A DNA stretch of 64,000 bases from Anthoceros angustus (Eukaryota; Plantae; Anthocerotophyta), in assembly GCA_010909165.1 (NCBI GenBank), contig VJWM01000106.1, positions 62,001-126,000 of the forward strand. The letters run 5' to 3'. Numbering within the stretch: the stretch's first letter is position 1; the number at the start of each line of letters is the position of its first letter. This document shows, piece after piece, positions 26,701-39,559 of this stretch. The notes below the pieces were generated by a model that had not been told where the DNA came from, made no database searches, and saw only the letters and a list, made by a program, of their open reading frames with translations. The translations under genes and the position numbers were made by a program.

Positions 26701-29065
26701 CCATTCGAGGTTTGTTGAAATCCGTTGTTTTGCCATTGGCGTAAACTTCAACCTTCCTTCCTTCCCGAGTTTTCCGCTGTTGATGAACACGCCGTGAATT
26801 TACGTGTCCGCCTTCACGGATGGGCATGGGAAATCATTTGACAAGTTGGACAAGTTGGGCGGTGGGTATGGTAGCTGTCGCTTGGGAGCTTCTAGGCCTT
26901 GTTCTTGTGTGTAGTGGTATGCAGTGACCTTAATCGTCCCACAAGAACTAGCTACTTATGTAACCATCGAGCCTTGGAGGCAAGCAGCCACCGTCATTTC
27001 CGAGTGTGACGATGTGATGTTTGCTTTCAAGGCCTCGTGTTTTGACAGCCCTATTAGCATATTGAGCAAGACTGACATGTTGGCTCCGCCATACGGACAT
27101 CGATGTTGCTGCGGCAAAGACTTCCGGCTTCTTCACCCCATGCATACGAGGAGGACACTCAAGATGTAATTTTCTACCAAGAAACTTCAAGATGTCCCTG
27201 TGGTCGACCGCAGCTTGCACGAAGTTCGCTCAACCGCTTGCTCCTGCTATTGAGCAATCAGGGTGTGGACCTAGCTTTCTAGGACGCACTAGATCCTGGA
27301 AATGAGTCCGCACCCTCCTAGGTGCTTGGCTTTAGGTTCTACCCTTTTGACCATGGAAGATGTCTTATGGACACGCTCGATTGTGTCCTTTTGAAATGAA
27401 GGTTTGGTCAAGTTTGGCTTTCACAATTTTGAAGTTGACCTAAAGCCACGTGAGCAGTTGGTGAGCCTAGGGCCTTTTCACAGTGACCCTTGTTTAGAAC
27501 TCACACCATGGCGCCTTCAACCAATGCCTGCACGCTTGGAGAAGGCCGCAGCTTGGGGCATTGAGGCAGAGGCCGGAGAAGATTCGGCGAGGCGAGGATT
27601 CTGAGTGGAAGGAAGCAAGGCGGGTTGCAAGGGAGGTGTGCAAGTGCACACCCTCGGCTAGAAGTGCCAGGAGCTCCGTGTGGATGGTCCGCAAATTTTG
27701 GGGCTTGGATGCTAGTTCTCCTTCACCACATGAAGGAGGAGGTTCCTCCGTCGGAGGCGTGGTCCAGACTGGTACCCGGAGGGGGCCACCTAGGATTCCT
27801 TTCCGAACCCAACGTGGACATGGCTTTGGGCCCGCTCTACACGTGGTGATGGGCCCGCCTTCATCATCGAGCAGCGGGCTTGGCGAGCTCGACGCTGCAG
27901 CCGGCTGCCGCACCACATCAACGCGTGGGAAAAGCGGGCAAGTCAACTAGCTCGAGAGATTGGGCTCGTATTCTGGAGCGGACCCAAAAATACACATCGC
28001 CCAGAGCCGATATTACGCAACACTTGTTGACCTTGCCCATCTTGAAGGCATGCAAGGTTCCATTCTGGAGCCCAAAGAGATGATGTCTTCTGTGTTGAAG
28101 AACATGAAGGGCACAGTTGAAGAATGTTCACCAGACCACTTGCGGGCAAGGAAAACGTTCTTCAACATAATTTTGTCCAGTAAGCACAGACCTCGGTTTG
28201 CAATCTATCCTTGGTCGTGCCATTGGTGTGACAGGCGTGTGATCCGCTCAGGGATGCAATGAATCTCGAGTGGATTCGTACATACATTTTGGGGGTGGAC
28301 GCTCCGATCGATGTGTTGTCCATGGGCGATGGTAAAGAAATTTTGGGAGCTTGCAAGCCGCCTCCTCAAACACCAAGGATGCCAAGCGCATGAGAATTGC
28401 CCCAAAGACGCGTTTGAGAAACACATAGTCCATTTCTGGACATGTCGCAGTGACACCAACCGCTCGCTAGTTATTGCTTCATTGTTCGCCACATTGTTTG
28501 CTTCACTCCTTTTGGTGTTGACTTCCATTGTTGTCTGTTATATAGCATTTTCATAGGCTTTCATGCAACGCGTTTCCGGATGGGATACCACAGGTGGAAG
28601 GTGTGCACTAGCCTAGGAAAATCGCCCCGCATATGTGCGACCTTTTGTTGTTTGGTCAATTCTTTGTGGGAAACCAGATGCTGGTATACCAGAATGTACA
28701 TGGTGGTCGCCTCACTTGCAACCGGTGTGGCGATTGTGGATCGACGGCCCGCCTCTCTGTGAGTACCATACAGTCCCGCTGTGTGGCGGTGGACATTGGT
28801 GTGGAGAACTAGTGAATGGTGGGCACCCTCATGGATGGTGTGCCGTTCATGTAGTTGGGGTTTGCCTTTAGTGGATGTTGGTGGGTCCTAGTGGGTGGTC
28901 ACACCATCCATGTGGCTGGTGATGACCCTCTTCTTGTGACGAGTGGAGGCACCCCTCTTGGTGGATGTTGGTCTCCCTTTTAGTGGTTTGTGGTGTGTGT
29001 CTTGGTGGATTGTGGTTTGCCACAAAGTGGATGCTAGTGTGCCTCATAGTGGAGGGAGGTGTGGG
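22700..29065. repeat. Tandem duplication, ~3.2 kb unit, inside B (duplicates an unknown coding region and transposase exon 1)
   Basis: ggtgtgactccat...ggtgggacg at ~22813 and ~26026. Both copies end gcctcatagtggagggaggtgtggg (~25920 and ~29065). Confidence 0.88.
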
Positions 29066-31228
29066 TCTTGCACGGTGGTGACCTTCCACGTTGGCGGTGG
29101 TCTACCTCATAGAGGATTCTACGCCTCTAAGTGGTTGGTGGCCTCCCTCATAGAGGATTGGTCCCTCTCGGTGGAAGGTCCGCCTCATAGTGGATGGAGG
29201 TCTTAGTGCATGGTGGTGAGCCTCAGCGGATGGTGGTCTACCTCATAGTGGATGGTGGCCTCAGACAGATTCTCCCCTTAGTGGAAGCTGGTCTTTCCCG
29301 ACATGCGAGGGTGGTGGGCCTCATAGTTGAGGGTGGTGTTCGCTTACTGGTGAATAGGGAGCCTCCTGGGCTGTGGTGGTGGCACTTATAATGGAGTTCA
29401 GAACTGGTGGCCAATGATAGCTTGATCAACAAGTTTTTGGGTCTGTACGGGTGGATGGCAGACTGAATTTTTCCTTCGGTTCAGAGAACAGCATCCTGGC
29501 ATCCAGATTGGACAAAGTGCATTTGAGAAGTTGAAGCCATATTTTGTGAAGAGCTTGCAGGAGAGGAATGTTTGTTGCTGCAGGTATCACGTGGAAATGG
29601 CATTTCTAAAGGATGCGCTGAACAGTTTGCGACATACCATTTCCAGAATACACCCTTGTGGAGGCTGCCCATGTGATTGCGGCGTTTGTCGCCCTGCAGA
29701 TGCCGCACCTCGGTGCAGGCCCCTACATCAAGCTATTCATCGGTGAGAGCATTGACTCGCACTTTGTGACAAAGAGGTGGATTACGAATGGCACAACTGG
29801 ATTTCGAACCGTGCACGCGTTGTATGGAGTGCGCTTTTGTCCTGTGGAAACCAGATTGACGTCATGCCGAATGTTACCATGAACTGGAGGTGCTTCCAGT
29901 ACCAGGTTGTGGGGAAAACAGTGGAGGGTGGTGACAAGAAGCGTATTAAGTTGGGCTTCATGGAGACACACCCCGTGGACATGGTTCTGTACTTGAAAGA
30001 CAAGTTGCGGGCTTTTATTTTGCATGATTTCGCAAAGGTGGTGGCACGGAATTTCGAAATGTGCAATTGTTTCCCAAAGATGTTGTCGTCAGCGTTTTGG
30101 ACTTCTCACAAAACTACGCCTTTGGTGTGCAGAACGAAATCCAGTCAATGCACTGGTATAACGACCAAGTTACAATTTTGGTCCTTGTTTTCTACAGACG
30201 GACACAGGAGGTTGATCCCGCTAACATTTGTGCTGGTATCCACAAGTATTATCACTTTTTTGTTAGTGACGACATGCTACACGATACCCTTTTTGTGCAG
30301 CATTGCTTGGGTCTCCATTGGCAGTGGATGCAGGGACTGGGTTTCGGGCCTCGAACATGGTCGATGGTAGATCCCGTTCAAGGCATGCCAACCATACTAC
30401 TATGTGGCGAGGTATCCAAGTAACAGGGGTGCAACATGTTATGGTCCTATTTTGGTAGTGGCCATGGGAAGGGTGAACACGATGGAGCTGGAGCCATTTT
30501 GAGCGTGCTGCGTGCGCAAGAGTCTACCGGAGCATGCGAATCGCCGGGCCGTTGTTGCATTTCTTCGCTCCACAATATCCGGAGGCGGCGATCGATCTCA
30601 CGGTGCACGGAGTGCACCGCACGTTCCCTATGATGTCAACCGCCGGGCAAAATGGGCTTGTGATGCCATTCCAGGCTCCAAGAGTTGTCATAGCATTTAT
30701 GGCTACGATGCTGCTGACCCAACAAAACTGAGAATGCGCAACCTGGCATGCTTTTGTGCTGCATGCATAGACAGCAATCATGCGGACTGTGAATCGGTAC
30801 CACATGCCGGATTGTGGGAAGACATCACAATACGTCCACATTCAGAGATTCAATTACGTGTTCAGACACGGCGACAACTTAGGCAGCAGATACCTTTCCA
30901 GGTTGTGGAAGCCATGCCGGCCGAGCAATGTCAGGCAGATGTTGAAGACGAGTCCGAAGATGTCACCAACATGGCGGAGATGCTAGAAGTGGGTGATAAT
31001 TTCCTTGTGTTTGCAGAGGTTGCAGATGAGGGTGCAACCTATTACCTCCCAGCAAGGACCACACCGCCTTCCTGCGACAATGTCCTTGGAGCGGACATAG
31101 GTTTATTCTTTGGAGACATAGTGGTCTGGGTCGATACGACAATGACAGGAGAGGCGGTTTCAGACACACTAGACCTGGGGCATGCCGAATGCATCCTTTC
31201 TCCGAGCAGTGGTGACATGCAAGTTTGA
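27500..31228 (+). pseudogene. Sola2-type transposase of element B (GT-rich intron ~28600-29484; start approximate)
   Basis: AFEKHIVHFW, FEKLKPYFVKSLQERNVCCCRYHVEMAFLKDALN, DFSQNYAFGVQNEIQSMHWYNDQVTIL, SDDMLHDTLFVQHC, WSYFGSGHGKGEHDGAGA, MRNLACFCAAC, VGDNFLV. Clear paralogue of transposase A. Confidence 0.82.
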
Positions 31229-31585
31229 CCTCACTCCACGCAAAGGGAGATTCGATGGTGTCTGATGTGCCACGACCTTGTCCAGACGATTTGTGATTTG
31301 GTGAGAGACCATCGATCCGGGAGGAATGGAGGAATGAAATGGGAAAAGATTCTTTGAATTTTTGGTGAGACCCGGATAGGAATTGTTGTTTGTGCCTTAT
31401 CCGACGTAATCACACAATGCTTGTCGATTGGAGAAGGCGCACAGGGAGATTACCTTCCACATCACCTCGGGTTTCTATTTGTGCGCTAAACTGGGTAAAG
31501 CATTCACGCTGTGTACGCTGATACGATTGCCTGGTTTCACTTGCTTCATATGCACCATTTTCACACGGATAGCCCTTTCTAGGCC

Positions 31586-32359
31586 ATGCCACCTATGTGG
31601 ATCGGATCGATGCCTTTTTGCGAGCACGTCATTTGCGTCCGGTCACATTATACTCCTATCACATTATCGACCATACCCCACGTACAACCACAACAAGCTG
31701 CTTCAATAAATGATGCACACGAGTTTGGGCTGGGCATCATACGTAGATTGAGCGTTTCAATCATCGATTATTCACGGATGAGCCACCATGTGGCGTTCCT
31801 CCGACCACTTTGCTCGATAACCCTTCACCCTCCCAGCGGTGCCTATCGCCAGACCCTTGCCACAGATACACTGTCGCGACGAGAGCCAAGCTCTCATGGC
31901 TTCCGGCGGTCGCGCATCGCTAACTCCCTCGCATGTGTCAACATCGGGGAACTTACAAGTTGCGATCGAGCGGAGGATGGTTCAGTGCATGCCTCGCGTC
32001 GACTCAAGGTGATCTTCCACCCCCTGAGGGATATGAGGCTGCACACTGGGAAGTGGCGAACGAGCGGCCTGGGGAAGGGGCCGCCGCACGTGGTAGGGCA
32101 AGAACATGGCTGGGCGGATTGGGGGAAGAGAACCTTGCCGATAGAGGAAACAAGAGGACTCGGAAGGCAACTCCACCCGGCTTCTCTTCACGAAATACGG
32201 CGAAATGTTGGGCATCATTGCAGAAGGCAACAGCGAAGCACGACTACTATGTCCAGGTGTTGGCGGTGGCTAAACGATGAGAACAATCCGGAAGAAAGAG
32301 CTCACTTCATGGACTGCTCCTATCCCCATAGAGCCCACCTCCTCATCATGTTCGAGTGA
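31586..32359 (+). CDS. Unknown cargo ORF of element B
   Basis: 257-aa ORF with no recognisable domain; probably frameshifted. Confidence 0.3.
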   Translation: MPPMWIGSMPFCEHVICVRSHYTPITLSTIPHVQPQQAASINDAHEFGLGIIRRLSVSIIDYSRMSHHVAFLRPLCSITLHPPSGAYRQTLATDTLSRREPSSHGFRRSRIANSLACVNIGELTSCDRAEDGSVHASRRLKVIFHPLRDMRLHTGKWRTSGLGKGPPHVVGQEHGWADWGKRTLPIEETRGLGRQLHPASLHEIRRNVGHHCRRQQRSTTTMSRCWRWLNDENNPEERAHFMDCSYPHRAHLLIMFE

Positions 32360-32899
32360 GTTGAGAGCTTTGTTCAAACTCGGCTTTGGGTGTTGTAGGA
32401 AGAAACCTTAGCTCCGCCTCGGAGTAATTGAGGAAGGACTGCTAGACATCTGCCATTGATATCGGGCATGGTTGGCGGTTTGGCCTAGCTTGCAGGTGTT
32501 CACTTGTTTATGCCCCATACTAGGGGGTGTTCCCATACTAGGGGGTGTTTCGTGCTGCATTATCGATAGGGTGAGCGTACAAAGAATAATCGGTATCATA
32601 TTTCCAATATATGGTCTGACACACTACCAGCATTCCCATGTTGACCGTGTGTAGCGCAACAAACCGATGTACGCGATGAGTGGATCTTGTGGATATTAAA
32701 AACAATGACGAAGAGTCTGTTTGGTAGTTTGGTAGTTTCTTGGTCTCGCTATTCTCGCAAGCCTTATCGCGGAGAGTCAGCTCCGCTACAAGTAAGCACA
32801 CAATACCAACACACACAAAACCAAGCCAAACGAAGACTAAACACACAAGGGAGTCACAACGGTTGACTCCCCACACATAGCAAAAACCCTGCAATCTCC

Positions 32900-35800
32900 T
32901 AGTATTCCACACTCTTCCTCTTCACTGTCATGCTAGAGGCGGCGGGCCAATCATCTGTAAGATCGGCCACGACTCGCACAGAGTTGTCATCTTCTGCTCG
33001 CAAATAGAAACAAGCAAAGAACAAAGAAATGTCAACATAATCAACTAACATACGGATGAAACCAACCAACACATGCCGCAAGCTTCCCTGTAACCGCCAT
33101 TCTTCAAGACGCTTCTCGCTTTGGGCTCCAACCAACAACGTTGACCTCCCTTTCTTCCAGCGCATTTCTATGTCTAGGTGGCACTTTGAATTCAAACCTT
33201 GCAAAGATAATCATACGCACAGGCAAAACAACTGGCAAAGGAGGCTTGTCATTCCCGAGTTTGTAAACTCCTTTCCCCTTCACGCTCATAGTAGATCCCG
33301 AACAACCATTTCGCCCGCCGCTGCCCTTCATACCACCTCGCCCTGCACCTTCGTCATGTCACCCATGGGCGCTTGTTGCATTTGATGATGTAAACGCTCA
33401 CCGCTTCTTGCATTTCGCCAACACCGCAGTTGTCCCTGTATGCAGAAGTAGTCCTCTTCAATCTCTTCATCTTATGCCTCTTCTTCCTCCTCTTGTCTAT
33501 GTTGTTTCGCACTGGTACCTTCCTAGCTCCTCTCTGATTTGCGCTTTGCTCCACCCGGTGTTAAATGACCCACTCGTGTCCAATGTATGTCCACCACCGC
33601 TACATCCTTCAAGGTCCAAAGATGGGTTCTCCAACATCAGAGAGGTAAGCAATGGTCGCATGAAGGAGCCTTCACACTATGGACATGTGCACCAACTTCC
33701 TCTGGGAGCACAGATGGCAATAGCTCTGAGTCGCCTTCTCATGGTCAAGAAGATTTGTTCGCAGCCTTGCCTTGCCGATAGCTCGATGTGGGATGCTCCA
33801 AGTGCGACCTCACCACAACTCGCTTGTGTATGGTCGGCACTGGCACATGGATGCCAAGCGACAAGATGGTATTCAGCAACACATCCCTAGATGCGTGGGG
33901 CTCAAGAGATGAAGGGACTACTATTATGTCCCCCCGATTGCTGAGATTGTGATGGCACGGGACCTGCAGCTAGGTCCAGAGGTTGTGATCATGTGACCCC
34001 CTCAAGTGCAACCACTTGATAGCTCATGTGGCCCCTCAAGTGCAACCACCGCTTTGGATTGTCGGGCTGTGGCTGGTTGTTCCTCCTTCGCACAACCGGA
34101 TGCGCCTTGCTTCTGATCACCCACATGTTCCACGGATGCTCCATCATTGCTGGATTCTCCATATGGTGTATACCTCCTAAAACGGCCATCATATCCACCA
34201 CCGCCTTCTCGCCAATAGCCAATACTTCACGGCAAGCGCTGTAGTCTCCCCATCGCGGGCCCTTTCTTGGTTGCCCACATACATCATCGATCGATGGAGT
34301 CCGCTCCACCATCACTACTTCTTGATTAATTGGACACATGGTCCCGATTTCCTGTGCCACAAATTGGCCACCACTTTTCTCGGCGGAGAGGCCGCTCAAC
34401 TGAACGCAATCCGAGATCGGGCGTGCATGCACTGTGTCCCTGCTCTCGGTGTGTCCAAAATGGCGAAAACCGTAGGGAAGAACTCACTGGTGATGCCGCC
34501 CGACGCAAGGGTGTTGGCAACATCAAAGAACTGCACTCTCCACCCCGACTTCCTAGTCCGCCTAAAACTACAATAGTGTCATAAAATTCAGCACCCCACT
34601 CCTCCAAGGGCTTCGCCTTCACCATGTTAGATGACACACACGTAGCACTAGAAGCCCACTTTGCCATCAACCATGTGCGGGAACCTCTAAGCCACAAGAA
34701 CGAAAAGCGTGCACCGCCTCCTCAAATGCTTGGTAGAGGCAAAAGTCGTGGTAGGAGTGTCCACAAGGAAGGAATGAAAAGTTATGTGCCCCATACCACG
34801 CACAAGGCCACTTCAAGTGGTTCTACTTCACCCACATGCACTTGATTAAGCATCCACTTCAACCTAGACCACTACAAACTGGCACCATGACATCTGCCTC
34901 CACTTGAACAGTGCCAGTGGAAGGTGGTCCACTGCACCATAACCAGTGCAGCTCTATAATTATCACTATCACGTGGAAGGTGCTCCAAAGCACCATAATC
35001 AGTGCACCACCATAACTACCACCTCACTTGGAGCACCATCCACTTGGAGCACACTGCACTATCACAGAACACGACAGCTAGTGGCCCACAACACATCATC
35101 CACTTGAGCGCACTATCATAGAACACGACCACCGGGTCCGATCACCACCATCCACATTCGGACCGACCACCACGATCGACACCATAAAAGACGGTAGCAC
35201 AACAAAGTAATGTGTCAGTACGCTCTGCAGCATCGTATACACATGGTGTACTATGCATTTATCCAAAATTAGGATTCGACCATTGATAAGAAAGAGGTGA
35301 CCAAACTTCATCACGCAACATACCGTACATAAGGGATGTATTCACTTCAACTCCCCAGACCTCTACAAAAGCGGGCTTCAATCCAAGCTGGTGGCCAAAG
35401 AGGCCTGCTGGTCGCCTCATCAAGGAAGATAGTTCACGGTGTGCGCTATGTCTTGCTCATGCGCGCCACCCCTTTTCTCCATATCTCCACAGACTCCTTA
35501 GCGGCAGCTATGGCAAGTTCAGACACCAAGCTCTCCCTTTTCTCCAAAGAACTAATCTTGGTTGTCTTCACTTCTTGACCGTTGACGCAGCCTCATACTT
35601 CTCAAGGCCGCCGCCCAACCCTTTTTCAGCTTGTCAACTTCCTCAGGACCTCCAAGAGAACTTTCTCTTTATGCTTCACCCGCTCAGAATAACTACAAGA
35701 TCCTCTAGAGAACCTGTGAAGGTGCCATGACGCTCTAAACATAGGCCAAGTCCTAGACTTGCTCTCGTGGCCACACACACCCCCCGTCCCTGTATGAATT

Positions 35801-36500
35801 GCGCAACCTCATCATGAGAAGTGGACTCCACGGATCTTTGGTCGCAGTTTCCACCATGGCTCGCTTTGTTTCAAGCTCTTCCCCGTCCCGATGGGCTGCC
35901 TGACCGCTCTCAAGAGGCTAGCACCTTGGACTCGAGCATGAGAGCGTGTCCGCTAATACTCTCCCAGAAGGTCCCCTCGCTTGACCGCCATCCACAAACA
36001 TATGTACCTCAACTTCCTAGTTGTCCTCCACAAGAACATCCTCGCACGCATCTTCTTTTTGTCAAGCCGCTCTTCAACCACACCTCGAAGTGCCTTTGTC
36101 TTGTCATAAGTGAACCACCAATGGAAACACCTTTCAACTTCTCCACACTCCAAGTGCCATCTTCCGAGGAATGAACTTCCCTCGAGGGCCGCCCGACACA
36201 CAATAACACAAATCATCAATGCTTTCCCACCTACTGGAAATCACCTTGCAACTTGCAACACGTCCGAGACCACTTGAATCCTTCTTCTTCCCACTATCGG
36301 CCCAAAACACACTAACGATGAACTCACACCCCAATAAGATCTTTGAATATCGTGAAATGTCCCTAACGTTGAAACCAAAGACTGAGTGTGCCATCTTCTT
36401 CTTTCCAGCCCCGACATTCAGGCTTTCCTTGCAACTTCTTGACATGTTCGGTCCTTTCACGCACCTCCGCCTTCTTCCCTTCCTCAAACAAACTCGCTCT
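32900..36500 (-). pseudogene. Minus-strand cargo ORF fragments of element B (unknown proteins)
   Basis: Chain of minus-strand ORFs (33104-33554, 33989-34697, 35953-36487) separated by CA-rich intron-like tracts. Confidence 0.35.
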
Positions 36501-39500
36501 TCAAAGTCACCATATTGTTAACTGGCCAACTAAAAGCGAAAACAGAGAAGCGCCAGAGCATGATGGATGGATCAAATCCATGAAAACGAAAACAACAACA
36601 GAAAACATCCTTCCATCTTTCACTCCCTTCTCCAGAACCACCACCAACATCCCTTCACCGCCACTTCTTTCTCCAATAAAGAGGTCCATCCCTGTGCCTG
36701 TGGCAGTCCATCTCCACCAAAGCCACCACATCGCTAGCCTCCAACCCGATCCACCACAAGGAGGACCATGACTCGAACTCACACTCAAAGACACCTCGGA
36801 CTGACACCTCCACCATTGGCACACCACAAACTCCGCAGAACTCAACTCGACACCTCCAACTCCGACACCTCCAAGCACACCTCCAACTCCGCACACCTCC
36901 TACTCCAAGACACCTCCAACCCCAACACAACTCCAACCCCAGACACCCAACTTCCATATTGCCACTCTCCTCCCAATTCACCACAAGAGCACCACCCATC
37001 GCCCCAACTCCCCAACTCAAAGCCTCCACTCCATGACACCCTTCACTCTACAACATAAAACCAAAGACATGATTAGCCCAATCAGTACACGTTACCATCA
37101 CCACACCGAATCAACACCTCCAACCCCACAAGACACCTAACCACTCCATATTGCCACTTGACAAGCTCCAATCCAATCAACCCGATCAAGACGAGTCCAC
37201 TTCCACCACATCTGAGGTCCACTCCCAACAAAAAGCCAAAACCTGACTTGCTCTACGTCACATGTTGCTCCCTCCCAATTCACCACAAGAGGGTGACCAC
37301 ACACCGTGATCATCCAAACAGCCTCCACTCCATGATTACAGATCGGCCTTCACTCTACAACACAAAACCAAACAGACATGATTAGCCCAATCAGGCGCAT
37401 CACGCTACCATCACCATGTGCACCGAAATCAATGTGAACCGCGTCAAGTGCACAAGCCGCTTTGTTCCGTCTCAAGCAATGACAATGGAGGCCTCTCAAA
37501 GTCGGGCCGCACGACGTTGTCACCACAGCCCCACGCTCAGACGCATGTCATCTCTGATGGTTGTGGGAATGGAACAACCAAGTCGTGAAGCAACTCAAAG
37601 GTGCTTGCCAGCGCCGCACCATCAAACAGCAGTCGCTTGGAACAACATGCCCATCCTGCCGACGCAATCGGATCACATCCAATTGTGTGACGCCAAGCTT
37701 CATCGAAAACACAGCCCCGGCGGCTCCCACATCCGGCTGGGCCATAGACTGCCTCCACTCCCCGAGGGACCGATAAGGCCGTGCACCTCACCGCCCATGA
37801 TCTCAGAGGGCCGACCCTCCAAGAGGGACCCATTTGCAGCTCTTTCCGCCAATCCTCGACCGCGATCTTCACGCCAAGACCAAAGCCTGGGAGCCTCGCC
37901 GCCAAAGTGAGTCCTCAGTGGAGTTAGGAGAACATGTGAAGGCGAAGGAACCTTCTCAGGCTCCCTCATGAGTCCATCGGGCAAGTAGAGTGACGGATCC
38001 ATACAAGCGCAAAAGTCCAATCAACCCGATCAAGACGAGTCCACTTCCACCACATCCGTGAGGTCGGCCACTCCCCAACAAAAGCCAAAACCCCACCTTG
38101 CTCTACGTCACTTGGACCGTGCCCATGGCTCCTCCCACCCAACAAGAGGGGCGACCGTATGTTCAATAATGGATGAACAGCTGGAAGGTGGCGAACGTGC
38201 TACTGCCGCCGTTACACACGGCCGCGCACTGGTCAGGCCACCACGCCGCCGGGAAAAGATGGGACAGGAGCACGAGGGCTGCGAGGGGCCGGACTCGACG
38301 CGCGAGGCAAAGGAAGCCCGCCGTCTCCACCTCGGCCAGTCCAGATCCAGCTACAGGCGGCCAAAGTCCGCAAGGGACATGTCCCTGTCCTGTGAGCGAG
38401 GTCAACCCTAAGCCGCCGCCGCCGTCTTCCAACACCTCCACCGCCCTCCCACACTGGCGCCATCCCACCTCCTCCCACACCTTCATCCTCCCCACCTCCT
38501 CCCACCCTAAACCCTCCTACCTCCTCCCACATCACCGCCCTCCCACATCGCCGCAAAGCATGCCTCCCACACCGCCGCAAAACTCGCCTCATCACTACGA
38601 ACCCCGCCATTCTCCAACACCACCATCAACTTCCCCATTCTCACACGTATTCCCCATCTACTTGGACCAAACCCCACACACACACACAGTGCAACTCATT
38701 TTATCTCGCTCCCACTTCCACAAAAGCAAGCGTAAGCCACAACTAAACCCACTAATTACGCTACACCAAACCGAGATATTTGAAGGCCTATGTGAAACGG
38801 ATTAAAAAAACCTGCTTTTACCACCACATGTACTAAGCAAGTTATCACTCCAATTTTGATGGAAGTGATGCACCTAAGCGTGCATAGACCCAGAAGATGA
38901 TTTATTCAGAGCAGCCTCAGCCCTCTTATACTACGCCCCAAGTCGGCGGCTTTATTACACCCCTATTCGAGCTGGTGGCTGCCCCAAGACGCCCTAATCC
39001 TACCGCCTACCATCCTATTCCTCCCTCTTATCTCCTTCACGGCGGTGGCCTGGAAGGTCCCGGGTCTGGCCTCTAGACAGGGTCCAATCTCCGTCTCCGA
39101 TAGCTATGGGCGCATCTAATCGGATGATCCGCGAGGCGGACCCTTCCTCTTCCCGAATCCTATCGTTGTTATGGCTGACGACCGCCAGCTACAACGCCCC
39201 CTCGGCCCCCGAGTGGGTCCTCCCTAGGGGCCACCGACCGACCGCCTCCCCCAGTAAGTCGAGGGACTCCTCCTTGCTTCCCGAGTCCGGGACCTCGGAT
39301 CCGGCCTCGACTCCCGAGTCCGAACTTGAGTTCCGCTTATTTCCGAGTCCGGCCTCACGGGTCCGGCCTCATCTTCGGGTTCGGACCTCGTGGTCCGAAC
39401 ACACGGGTCCGGTCCCCAAGCTCGGACCCCTTATCTGGGACCTTCATCGCTAGGCCCTCATCTCTACCCAATCACCCTTGTCTTGGGTCGGGTTGGTTCT

Positions 39501-39559
39501 CCTTCCGCCCCTTCAGTGGCCCCCACCTCTATCCTCCCAGTTGCGGTGGACTTACCTTG

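Larger units (their letters stand above)
21824..38891 (+). mobile_element. Element B: ~17 kb (about 14 kb without internal duplication) multi-gene Sola2-like transposon nested in D (partial left copy 19074-21035)
   Basis: Left end gggtccatgcatggtttggttattcac at 21824 and 19074. Right end gtgatgcacctaagcgtgcatagaccc ends at 38891. Sola2-type transposase inside. No TSD visible (ctat | agaa). Confidence 0.72.

Noticed and set aside
21036-38891. Element pairing the 21036 left end with the 38891 right end
   Set aside because: Flanks differ (ggag vs agaa) and the 38891 end matches the 21824 end better.
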